Part shown: in pieces, positions 52,679-64,000 of the stretch
How the letters are laid out: every line of letters begins with the position of its first letter
Position numbering within the stretch: position 1 is the first letter of the stretch
NCBI GenBank assembly: GCA_038496445.1
Contig: JALMLS010000086.1
Span: 1-64,000 of the forward strand
Direction: 5' to 3'
Length of the DNA stretch: 64,000 nucleotides
From: Trichosphaerium sp. ATCC 40318
Lineage: Eukaryota > Protista > Tubulinea
The notes under the pieces: model-generated
Told to the model about the DNA's origin: nothing
The model's input: the letters and a program-made list of their open reading frames with translations, nothing else
Databases searched by the model: none
Program-made: the position numbers and the translations under genes

Positions 52679-53880
52679 ATGCATCACAGCTCTAGAAAAT
52701 TATCGTTTGCTGTTATACTGGCGTTTATTTCTGTTTGTATTTGTCAGAGACCTCCTGCGTACATATTCGGCCAGTTTGATGATACAGCAGTTCCTCGACA
52801 AGCAGAAATATTAACAACAGATTTTGAGTTTAACAGTAAGCAACAAGCAACACAACCGTATTTATCTTGAAATGAGATATTTTTTTAGATTTAGCCACAG
52901 CTTGAATGAGGTTAATAAGATACATTTTTTAGATCTCCGATCGTTTGGCATCAATGTTCCTGTTATAACTCCTGCAACTCAGATACCTATTCCCAGTATG
53001 TTTTCGTTTAAGACAACTGCCAAGATCCAAGAGCCAAGCACTTTACAATGAGTTGATGCTGATTTATTCATTTAGTACCTACATTGGATGGTTCTATGAT
53101 TCTTGTTGTATTTGGTAATTTAGTATCAGTCAGAGCATTAGATAACACTGAGATTTGTACTGGTTCTATTGATCGTATCTCGATTCGTACAGGAGGTTTC
53201 ATTGATGACACTCAATTTTATGTGCATGTTGGTGGAGGAGATATAAGCCGATATATGCTTGACATCACAAACCAAGGTGACTGTATATCTCCCGAGGACC
53301 CTGTTTGTACATTGACAGGTGGCTCAGTTGACTATAGTATGTAAACTTAGTTGTTTCATTATATTTTCTTATTTTGTTTTAGTTGTTGTCGATGATGACA
53401 CAATATACGTACTTGGTGCTACACCCAATCCTGATTCTGTAGCTGTCGTATTAGAGCTAGACATATCACGTTTAGCTGGAGATAGTTGCTCAATTGACAT
53501 GACAACACTTCCTGTTATCTACTCTGGTCCATCTGCGCGGTTCTTAGTACTTGCTTACCTCAATGACAGAACACTACTATTAACAAATTCAGAAACAGGT
53601 GCTACGTTGTCTATTGATAAGGCAACAGGTAATCGTCTTTTGTATTCTTATGAGTTTGTTGTTGATAGTTTGTTGTCATAGGTACTGCAGAATCTTACAA
53701 TATGGCACCAAGGGTTGTAACATTCTCACGACCTGTTTTTTATCCTGGTCTGTGTATCAAGGTATGTACATGGGTTTTATTACTTTCGTTCTATCCTTGT
53801 TCGCGGTTTTAATCACGTGACTACTACCATAGATCACACCAGAGATGAATGCTGCCAGGATTCAATTATTATCTCGTTAA
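52679..53880 (+). CDS. Secreted protein family B copy
   Basis: Tandem paralogue with the same exon layout and constant blocks. Confidence 0.82.
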
Positions 53881-54042
53881 ATAAAACTCTATGTTTACAA
53901 CATTGCGATTGTCACAAGTAGTTTGACATGAAAAGTGTCATTCTCAGAAAGATTGCACAAATTTAAAACAAGTATATCTAGTTTGTTTGGCGTTTATTAG
54001 TGTATTTGGGTAGATTCTTATTTATGATAAAGGTTAAGAGGT

Positions 54043-55065
54043 CTATAGGAGCTTCTTTTTTATACATTTGTGATAATATGATAATTGTTTTGTTTCTGGG
54101 TTGTACTGAAGAACAGGAACCCCTTTATATCTAAAAACACAGTTAATGATTTCATATAATATAGAACAAGTTTCTATGTGAACACTAACCCTCCTGAACC
54201 ATATGTGAAGTTAATTATTAGAAGGTTCTGTTCCAATATTGCTTCTTTGTCGTATTTCAAGACACCTTTTTTTTTCGTTTAGTTACTTGCATGGACGTAA
54301 ACAAAAATCACGTGCCCTTTACTTGTTTCTTGTAATCTTTTATTTCTGCATCGAAACTAAGGGCCCTTCGATTCCCAAGGTGGGAACCTGATAAAGTTAA
54401 TGATTGTATTGTAACGACCTGAAAACGTACCCATTTCATTTTGGATATAACCTGCACTCATATCTCCTCTCTCATCAATCGAAACCAAGATACTATCATC
54501 AGTCACAACCACACCAAGGACGATACAGTAATAATTGGAGTTATAAATTGAAAGACATTCATGCAAAGAAAAACGAAGTAGACCTGAAAAAAACGTAGTT
54601 AAGATTCCAACAAAGTTCTGATCCATCCACGTGCCATAGACGTATAATGCTCTGTACTTGTTTTTAAATATCTTCTCTCTTCCTCTTCCACCTTTTTCAA
54701 AAGCGAGCTTTGGTTTATAATAGCTGCTGGATGCGGACTAAGAGGACTTAAAACCAAGACTTTAAGCCGTTTTGCTTTTTTTGTGGTTTTCTTGAATTAC
54801 ACAAAAACAAAATCTCACGCACGCCAATTAAGTAGTACTCCCACTCAGTAGGTATCATTCGCTCAATATCATCCAATACCACCTCTTTACAAGCGAAAAT
54901 CTTTCTCCAAAGCGATTTTTTATCTGCGAACTGCCATAACCACTTACATGTCCCGTGTAGGTTTAGTAGGTCCATTGGGTCGTTTACAGAGTCTCGTACT
55001 TCAAAAAGCAGTTCGTTTGGAAGTTCTAGCACCCGAAACGGCATTTTTGAGACTTTGGTTTCCAT
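54043..55065 (-). CDS. F-box protein (multi-exon)
   Basis: VLELPNELLFEV...LLNLHGTCKWLWQFADKKSLWRKIF. Confidence 0.78.
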
Positions 55066-55098
55066 TGCGATGGTTGTTTGATGCTACTGGCGCTCTTT

Positions 55099-55880
55099 AG
55101 AATTGTGTTAAGCCATCAATGAAAACAACTTATTTGTTTTAAGTATGTGGGAACGTACCTCAGTTCGCGTATTTCTAGCGTTGGCCAGCCCTAAAATCCG
55201 CAAAATCCTCGGCCTATGATTTTCGTTACCCTTGTTCCCTTTACTTTTCTTTTCACAATATTTTCTTTTTTTCCATTTATTTGTTTTTTACTTTCCCTGT
55301 AAGGAAGTCACTTCTGTGAACCTTACTGTCCTTGATGATGATCACGTCACCTTGCGGCCCAGGTGAACTTGCGGCCTTTGCGGCCCCGGGCGAACATAAA
55401 GCTTGTAACTTGAATAAACTGAATAAACATAATTTAAACCTCAAACAAGAGTTTCAACATTTTGTTATTTAACAAGTAAAGAGAATCCTGGCCAGTTACG
55501 TACCTCTTTACATCCCATCGCGTTTCTTTGTTCTTTTCTTTTGCTCCTTAACACTTTTCTTTCTTTGTGATCTTTTTCTATCACTCTTCCTGTTGCCGTC
55601 CTTCCAAATATACTAAGAAGTTCTTTTTCTCCTTTATTTTCCTTTTCTTCCAGTATGGACTGATCTTTGTGGAATATTGGTGGTTGTGTATCACTGCTAT
55701 TCCTCTGATTTTGGAGACTTGATCCACTTGGCAAGAACTTAACTTTGGACTATTTTCGGAACTTTGACTTTTTCGTGCCTCCGACTTCGACTCTCGTTTA
55801 CTGTTCCCTGTCCTCTTGCCCTTTTTTCTGTTCCTCCCCTTTTCCCTCTCCCTTCCCTTCCCTTTATTTCAGTCAACGTG
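55099..55880 (-). repeat. Interspersed repeat/element remnant carrying spliced Lys/Arg-rich ORF pieces
   Basis: 55099-55212 near-identical to 12643-12754; atgatgatcacgtca and cctggccag..cgtacctctttaca shared with ~15700-15800; GAG|GTACGT donors on the minus strand. Confidence 0.5.
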
Positions 55881-56140
55881 ACACATTTCAAGCGTTTGGT
55901 TAGACTGGACAACAGACTGGCAATAGAACAGTCAACACGAGAACAATGGTGAGTAGCGAACAAGCGCTGTATTTATTCCTGTTTGTTTCTGAAATCACGC
56001 TCACTATTGGTGTACTGCGCTGGCACGTGCGTGATAAACTGAAACTATACTTCCCAACTCTAGTCCATAGCTCATAGAAATAGTAAAATACAGCAATGTA
56101 GTATGGACGTCTACAAACGTTACGATCTTTCCTTTTGCAA

Positions 56141-57306
56141 ATGAGTCTCCGTAAGTAATACAATTGTATAATGATGTTTTCAGGGTTTAAAAAGAAGCTT
56201 GAAGGTGACCATCTTGTCCAGTACCTCGTTAAAGAGTATGTTGAGCTTGGCGGAGATGTAAGTAAACTCATTCGTACTCTGGACGCCGAAAACGCGCGTA
56301 TGCGTATCAAAGGAGAAGAAATATGCTCAGATATCTGGAATACAATATTTATTCATTTAATCTACTCTGATCCTTCTGAATCTATCAATACAATACTCTT
56401 TGTATGTAAGAGATGGCAAAGGATAGTAGCAAACGTTAGTTTTTGGAAGTTAATGGTAAAATTCCACTGGAATGTTGAACTGCGTGATAAAGTACAAGAT
56501 TGGCATGATATTAGACGTTATGTCATTCGACGGAAAAGGTATGTTAAATATGGTAAACAAGAGGCCAAGGCAAGCGAGCATGGTTTTGATATTGTCACGT
56601 GGGAACGTCACATGGAAGATGAATATAGAGAATATGCTGACGAAGAAGAACTGTAAGTACTTTTTCTTTACTCCCTCACCACTTTTGTTGCATGCAACTA
56701 GTATTATTCTATTACTCACAATCTATTGTTTGTAGGTTGTTTTATGAGAATCGTGCTATTTTCTCACCCAATTCGTTGGCAATACTTATTGTTAAAAGTA
56801 TAATTTACTATGATGTAGAGCGTGGAACTGGAGCTATTGATTACTCTTCTACAGAACATAAATTAACCCTAAAGACCTACGTAACTAATAAAAGAAAGGT
56901 ACCTATCATAAAGTAGAATTTTTGAAGCCTGTAGTGCACGTGGCATGTAAAAAAAAACCAATACTTTAAACCGGCAGTATCTGACTTTTTTCCGAACAAA
57001 TAGAGTCGCAGGAAGAGTACTCCAAATAAATTTTTGTTCAATGATTATGAAGACATAGAATGGAGTGTTTGCGATAAGTTTATTACCAAAACCAGGCGTA
57101 TAATGGGATATACTACAAACAACTACAAAGACAAGATCAAATTCCTTTCTATTGCATGTGGATATTTTGACAACCTTGAAGCATTCGAAAGACTAGGTGA
57201 TGAGATTTATTCCGCTATTACTCTTGAGCAACATAGATCAAAATTTGCTTTTCTTCATAAACATTATGAGGAAAACACTCTTTTTGGGTGCCACTCATAT
57301 ATATGA
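56141..57306 (+). CDS. F-box protein (multi-exon)
   Basis: ICSDIWNTIFIHL...LFVCKRWQRIVANVSFWK; short first exon ATGAGTCTCC|GTAAG. Confidence 0.72.
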
Positions 57307-57704
57307 AAGAATAAATTATTTTTCAAAATCCTATTGGTTGTTTTGTATTATCGCCTTCATTGTTTCCAAAATACTGTTTTTCTCAAACATACCAAAATAC
57401 GTTACAGCATCTTCTTTATGTGTATTTGTAGGTGGCACAATCCTCATATATGTAGTTCCTATACTGTTGGTGGCTAAAAATGCAGATCCATTTTTTCATA
57501 GTCCTCTCGCCTTCCCTTCTCATCACTAACACGCAAGATACCTTCATTGTGACTAAAACAGTGAGTCAAGATACTTACACTGACTCACCAATTAAGTAGC
57601 AGGATGAAGCAAATTTCGCTGCTTTTTATTAATCGCAGTACAAGTGCTTTCTCGAAGTTTCTTAATTTTGTTGGTTTAATGAATGTCCAGATTGTATCAT
57701 AAAA

Positions 57705-57740
57705 CACGTGTTTTCTCGGCACATTCAATCCCGCAAAATA
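57705..57740 (+). promoter_or_regulatory. Conserved upstream motif of secreted family B (CACGTG-TTTTCTCGGCAC...TCCCG)
   Basis: Related motif found about 150-190 nt upstream of ATG at 50724, 60700-60734 (minus) and 23370-23412 (minus). Confidence 0.6.
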
Positions 57741-57884
57741 TTGAAACAAGGATCAGTACACTTATGTACAAGCTGCATGTCGTATTTAACAAACAATAAA
57801 CTGAAAGTATTTCTTTTATGCTTTGTTTAGTTTTTTCCAGAAATCACGGATCATCACGATTTCCACAAATCACGTACAATCCCG

Positions 57885-59000
57885 ATGAAGCATCACAGCT
57901 CTACTTTATTCTCTATGGCTCTTATTTTAACAGCTATTTCTGTTTGTATTTGTCAGAGAACTCCTGGATACATTTTCGCTCAGTTTGATGCTTCGAGGCC
58001 ACTTCCTCGACAAGTCGAGATATTAACAACAGATCTTGAGTTTAACAGTAAGTACACATTTACGTTTTAAGCACTCGTATTTCTCACTAAGAAACAACTA
58101 CTGTTGGTTTGGTACCCGTAGTCAGTACACACTCATTACGGTTTTGTCATGTCCCATTGTTAACAATTCAAGTTTGTTGTCTGTACTGACTTTTATATTA
58201 GTGCCAACATTGGATGGTTCTATGATTCTTGTTGTATTTGATGAGTTTGTATCAGTCAGAGCATTAGATAACACTGAGATTTGTACTGGTTCTATTTCTG
58301 GCTCGATTACTTCAGGCGGTTTCGTTGATGACACTCACTTTTATGCCTTTGGCGGTATGGGTGAGTTAACTCAATATAGGCTTGATATCACAAACCAAGA
58401 TAGTTGCATATCGTCTATAGCTGTTTGTATATTTGATTATAGAGCTGGACTACCGAACACAAGTATGTGCATACTTTGTATGTACACGTGATTGATTCTG
58501 TTAAAAGTTTTTAGTTGTTGTTGATGGTAACAAAATATACATTGATGGTAGTGTTGTACGCGCGCACGTTATATTGGAATTAGATACATCAAGCTTGATT
58601 GGAGATCCTTGCATAATTGATGTCGACTCTTCCTGTTATTCAAAGCCGCACTTTAGACTTGACTAATACTGCTTTGTCAAGGCTTGATGATAGCACGTTA
58701 CTGTTAACAAACCAAAATACTGGAGAGACCTTTGCAATCGACAAGAGTTCGGGTAATTATTGTATTATTACATTAATATGATTGATATTTTCCGGTTATA
58801 GGTACTGCAGACTTTTACAATACAGCACCTGCCATCGAAATAGTCACCAGACCTGTTTTTTATCCTGGTCTTTGTATCAAGGTATGTACATGGGTTTTTA
58901 CTACTTTCATTCTTTCCTTGTTCACAATTTAATCACGTGACTATTGTCATAGATCACACCAGAGATGAATGCTGCCAGGATTCAATTATTATCTCGTTAA
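57885..59000 (+). pseudogene. Secreted protein family B copy, frameshifted near 58622
   Basis: attgat-gtcg-actcttcct has 4 nt where paralogues have 6; otherwise a complete gene. Confidence 0.72.
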
Positions 59001-59204
59001 TAAAATATATATCTTGTTGTTTTGAGTATTGTCCATATCATTCATTGCTGTTTGTGACTTTTTGTTTTCGTCTAGTAAGATCTGAGCGATCTTGCAACTT
59101 TTGCTAGTGCTTACAAGATCTGTTAAAAACTACAAGATATGACCCTATTTATTTGCAAAGGTTATGTCTAGTTGCTTAGGTTGTCTTTTACTCCGTTGAG
59201 CAAA

Positions 59205-59346
59205 CTTAAGGCACTTAGCTTCTCAGATAATGGAGTGAAAGCATTGGCTGGGTTCATCCATTGATTTGTTCGAAACACTTTTTAAGACATTACTCAGTTG
59301 TTGAGAACAAATGTTACAGGTGTTTAAGCATTGGTTAGCGTACATT
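59205..59346 (+). pseudogene. Decayed remnant of the ALAGVHTIDL LRR family
   Basis: cagataatggagtgaaagcattggctgggttcat...attgatttg. Confidence 0.55.
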
Positions 59347-59385
59347 AGTTTATTACATTGTACAAACTTGGAAGATATCAAGATA

Positions 59386-60571
59386 CTAACGAGATAATAG
59401 TTCGATCCTGAAAGCGTTCATCTGTGGTGTGATCTATGAAAACAGTCATTGACAGTTATTCGTACGGGATATGAGTACCTTAATGCAAAGACCAGGATAA
59501 AAAACAGGACGTGTAGACATTTTGATTACGGGTGCTGTATTGTAGACGTCTGAGGTACCTATTCACCCAAACTGTCAATCATAATTATATTGTAATACAA
59601 TAACTACATTATATACCTCTTGCCTTGTCAACCACAGATGTCTCTCCTGTGGCTTGGTTTGTTAAAAGTAACGCTCTATCATTAAGCCTCGATAGAGCCA
59701 TGCTAGTAAACTCAAAAGGACGGGTTTGAACAAAACGAAGTGTTCTTAAATCAATTTCACAAGGACCTGCACTTAAACGTGATGTATCTAGTTCTGATAT
59801 GGTATCTATAAAAATAGGAACAGAAGTGATACCCTCAATGTATATTTTATCACCATCAACAACAACTAAGAAATAAATCAACACATTATATACAAGCTAA
59901 CATATACATACTTGTTGACAGCATGCCATTTGAAGTTGTACATCCAGAGATCATAGGGGATATACAATCATTTTTGTTTGTGATATCAAGCCTATATCGG
60001 CCTATCTCACCCATACCACCAGTATGTGCGTAAAAATCTGTGTCATCAACGAAACCTCCTGAAATAATCGAGCCAGGAATAGAACCAGTACAAATCTCAG
60101 TGTTATCTAATGCTCTGACTGATACAAACTCATCAAATACAACAAGAATCATAGAGCCATCCAATGTTGGTACTACGAACAAATTAGCACAAGACAAACC
60201 TCGATTGTTAACAGTGGGACATTGAAAAAACCAACTATATTAAACAAAATAAATAAATATCGTACTGATTGCTGGTACGGCAATGGCAGGGTTTGCAATG
60301 GGGATATTTACACCAAACGATCTTAGGTCTAAAATAAGCTTATTTAGTAGTTAACTTTGTACAAAAGGAAAGGCAATAAATAAAGCTACCTTGAGCTGTA
60401 TTGCTTACTGTTAAACTCAAGATCTGTTGTTAATATCTCGACTTGTCGAGGAAGTGGCCTCGAAGCATCAAACTGAGCGAAAATGTATCCAGGAGTTCTC
60501 TGACAAATACAAACAGAAATAGCTGTTAAAATAAGAGCCAAAGAGAATAAAGTAGAGCTGTGATGCTTCAT
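59386..60571 (-). CDS. Secreted protein family B copy, convergent with 57885
   Basis: Exon 1 almost identical to that of 57885; all constant blocks present; ends RIELLSR*. Confidence 0.82.
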
Positions 60572-61348
60572 CGGGATTGTACGTGATTTCTGAAAAAATA
60601 AAACCAAGACAACTTAATTGTCTAAGTATTTAGTATCATATTACATAAATAAGGCTAGCTACCTTCGAAAACCACTTTCTTAAGGTGTTGATTCAACTAA
60701 TTTTTCGGGAATAAATGTGCCGAGAAAACGCGTGTTTGCAATACTCTCTGAGTTATCAATCGGAGGTTGAGAACGAATTTAACAAGTTCTCGTCTATGGA
60801 TAATATTGAATGCAAACACTCTTTTAATGTATCCGGCAGAGACAAAGTCGAAGACTTTTGCGGCGGTGAAAAGAAAGGCCAACAGAAGCATCTTGACTTC
60901 TCACCCTTCTCTCTCACCTCTCGCCGTTGAGTTTCCAACGTCCTTCAATAAACAAGCTATCGCGATCTCTAGTTTGTTTCTTTTTAACTACATTAAGCTG
61001 GTCTCATTGTGGGATTGACATGGGTCGACACCTGAAGCTATCCAGTTCATATTAATAGTTTAGCAATCTCAAGCAAAACCACATTAGTTTTATGCTTGCT
61101 CTTGACCACTTTGCTATTTTGTACAACGGCAACCCAATGAAAACTTTCGTTGGTAACAAGATACTATTGGATTGTTACCTACCATGATATTTCACAATTG
61201 TATCTTCATTTCTGTACCTAAGAAACTACTTTTAGAATTCAATGAAACAAACTGTTTATAGTTAGACGAAATTGGCCTAAACAATACCAGTTTGTGCAGC
61301 ACAATAACCTTAAGCTAGAATACTTACCATTTATAACCAACCACACCA

Positions 61349-61675
61349 ATGACAGAAGCAAATAACGCCATCACCGAGCAAGTAAAAAGTCTTTTATCCG
61401 ATTGGGCAAAACACAGTGACTCTAAGAGCACGTGTTCAAGTTTTCAGCCTTACTTGGCCTGTGACGCCTACAGTGAGCTTGTAGCAATGGGAAAACTTGC
61501 TCTTCCTACAATCATGAAGTCATACGAAGCTGATGAGTACAAAGTATGGCACTTTATTCTTGTTAAGCAGATTGTAAGCGAACTTCCTCATCCTGACACC
61601 AGCACAAACGGTGTATCTATACCAGAACAAAAGACTATATGGATAAAATATGCAAAGGACCATGGATACCTGTAA
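61349..61675 (+). CDS. Small intronless protein of bacterial-type hypothetical family (108 aa)
   Basis: W..SS...AYSELVAMGKLALPTIM...W...WIKYAKDHGYL pattern; clean ORF followed by AATAAA. Confidence 0.7.
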   Translation: MTEANNAITEQVKSLLSDWAKHSDSKSTCSSFQPYLACDAYSELVAMGKLALPTIMKSYEADEYKVWHFILVKQIVSELPHPDTSTNGVSIPEQKTIWIKYAKDHGYL

Positions 61676-61840
61676 GTAGACACCTGGTTGTAAATGTTGT
61701 ATTTGGAATAGGTAATAAAAAATAAAGAATTTTGCGAAGTCTTGGTTTTTTTTTCTTTGTGTAGTCGCAGCTGTCTTTGCGCGGGTCGTTTTTAGTCTTT
61801 GGATATAAAATCAGAACAACTTTTCACGTACTCATAATCA

Positions 61841-64000
61841 ATGGAGATAAAGAAACAACTAGTATTTGATTTGAACAATTCAACCACAAGCACACCAGAG
61901 GAAATCGTAAAAATAACCATGGTACATATATTTTGTCATCGATTATTTTACTCTTTTTATAACACGTGTTCAGAAGCACGGTGATATTTTATCGTTCCGA
62001 AAAAGCGATAAAATCGGATCTGGACATTTTGGCTCTGTTTATGAAGGTAGCACTACAAGAACGCGATACGAATCGGTTTGAATGAGTTTGTGTTAATTAA
62101 AGTCAAAAGGTTGTTACTCGTATGACAGAGTGGCTGTAAAAATGGTACCGTGCGGTCTTGGAGCTAATTTAGAAGAATTTGGTAAAGAAGTTGATACGCT
62201 ACGGTAGTTTATTAGTTTATTTTGATCTCTCACATTCCAAAGGGCGATTCCTGGCACACGAAACGTTTTAGTATACCGAGACGCCATTATACATCAAGGC
62301 AATTTATACATAGTAACTGAGCTTTGTCTTATGGATGTTAGAAACCTCCTCAGGGTACGCTACTTTAACACGTGTTTTATCATTAAAGCATTCATTCAGA
62401 AGTTCCCAAAGCTTCCTTTAAAAATTCGCCTGTATATTGCACGTGATGTAGCTTGCGGTCTAAGATCGTTGCATATAAAGCGCATAGTTCATAGAGATTT
62501 AAAGCTGGCCAATCTTCTTGTTCGTGAGAACTTTCTCGATAATTGTAGTGTTTATTTTGCTTTTAGATTGACATTAACGGGCATGTTAAAATCGCAGACT
62601 TTGGGTTGGCTAAGATACTAGAAGCGGGCGAGAATAAGAGCGAAGCTGTCGGTACAGTTACCTTTGATTTTAATTTTATTCACCACGTGATAACCACGTG
62701 ATACTTTTTTTAAAAGATTTGACAAGTATAGGAACTGCACGGTACACAGCTCCTGAGGTTTGGAACAAAGATACTACAACCACAGCCAGAGATATTTATA
62801 GTTTTGGTTTGTTATTATGGGAACTCATAATAAACGGCGAACTACGTCCTTTCCCCGACCACAATACTATCCTTACTATCAAAAGGTGAGCTTTTTATGT
62901 CCTCCTTTGGACTGTAGTTAATCTTTGTAGTGCGATACTAAATGATGAGAAACCAGACTTTCCTGAAGATACAGATGATTGTCTAAAGAAGTTAGTTCTT
63001 AGGTGTTTGGAGTTTAATTTCAGGCAGAGACCTTCAGCCATTGAATTGGTAGATGCTATGAATAAAACTATTGTTGAGGTTGTTATTGGTTACAAGCAAG
63101 AGAACAAAGAAGCCTACGAGTTTTGGAATCAGTATTTTAATGACTGCAAGGTAGCGCAATGTTAAGTAACACTACTAAACGGATTTAAACAGGGATATCC
63201 ATGTCAAGTTCCCTGGTGCAAGTTCATAAATGCTTTTAAAGCATATATTGGACTTGAGGAAAACGAAGAAAATAGACGACTGATCGATGCTTTCGGAAAG
63301 TTTTTACGTACGAAAAAAAACGTGCGTTTGTTTGTTAGTTGACTTTTTTTTTGTAGGTCTTGAGTTAGAGATTCCAAATCTCAATAAAATAATCGGTTTG
63401 AAGCAAAAACAATTGATAGTTGGTCCCAATATTGGACAAGCTTGTGTAGATGATTTTGTTACTCTTGAGAGCTTTTCATTGGTTGTTCAGTGGTTCAGAT
63501 TTACAAAGAACAAAGATGTAATGAAGAGATGTTTCAAAGTTGCCTTAGAGTTAGGCCTTGCTCCGTACGTTAGCATGAAAAAATACCGTTTAAAGAGAGA
63601 ATGACACAACTGCCAGTCAAGGCAATGAGCGAATTTATCAAACTGAAACGTGACACGAGTTTATGAGACTAGAAAGACTTCCTTTTTGTTTAAACGAATT
63701 TAAAAGCTGCCTTTGTTAATTCTTTCTTAGATGGTTTCACAGTTTTATACAAAAGGAAAGGGCCAACAAGATTCTTAATCAACGATCAGAAGGTTATTTC
63801 ATAGTTAGACTATCAACAACATCGTAAGTATACAGTTTGTTTAGTGAGTCACTCAAAATTGGTATCTAGGAGAAAATGCCAATTGACTCTTTCAGCAGTT
63901 ACTAAACAAATACCTTCAGAAGACCAAGCCACAAGCTCTTTACCCAACGTTATAAAACACTATCGGATTAAATACAGCGTTTCTGAAGGATTTAGAATCG
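61841..64000 (+). CDS. TKL-group protein kinase, Shk-like (runs off window end)
   Basis: IGSGHFGSVYEG, VAVK, HRDLKLANLL, IADFGLAK, GTARYTAPE; downstream FWNQYF...VPWCKFINAF resembles the linker of amoebozoan SH2-kinases. Confidence 0.9.

Overview
AT-rich eukaryotic genomic DNA with many short (~40-60 nt) GT-AG introns, mostly GTA-starting donors (GTACG frequent). It is most likely an amoebozoan protist; this is an inference from gene content such as a Shk-like TKL kinase. A conserved-looking core block (~27.9-43.0 kb: sulfatase, TMEM209-like protein with a GFG-repeat tail, TTP/ZFP36 zinc finger, atypical cytochrome b5-domain protein, vinculin-tail-like protein) lies between two fast-evolving accessory zones of duplicated, inverted, mosaic and pseudogenised paralogues. 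Three families in these zones share one design, a near-identical DNA framework with sharply delimited hypervariable segments: F-box-like/MORN-variant genes, F-box-like/21-aa LRR genes, and a five-copy secreted protein family. An orphan MORN-family fragment at 27524-27656 is exactly one hypervariable segment plus its two constant anchors, resembling a gene-conversion donor cassette. Other signals are a roughly 10-fold excess of CACGTG (about 70 copies counted by eye, mostly in promoters and tiny introns), two non-autonomous TIR elements with target-site duplications, two structured intronic RNA candidates, a duplicated putative 2OG-Fe(II) dioxygenase and a small bacterial-type intronless gene. 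Exon structures were assembled by eye; family names come from motif recall, not database searches.
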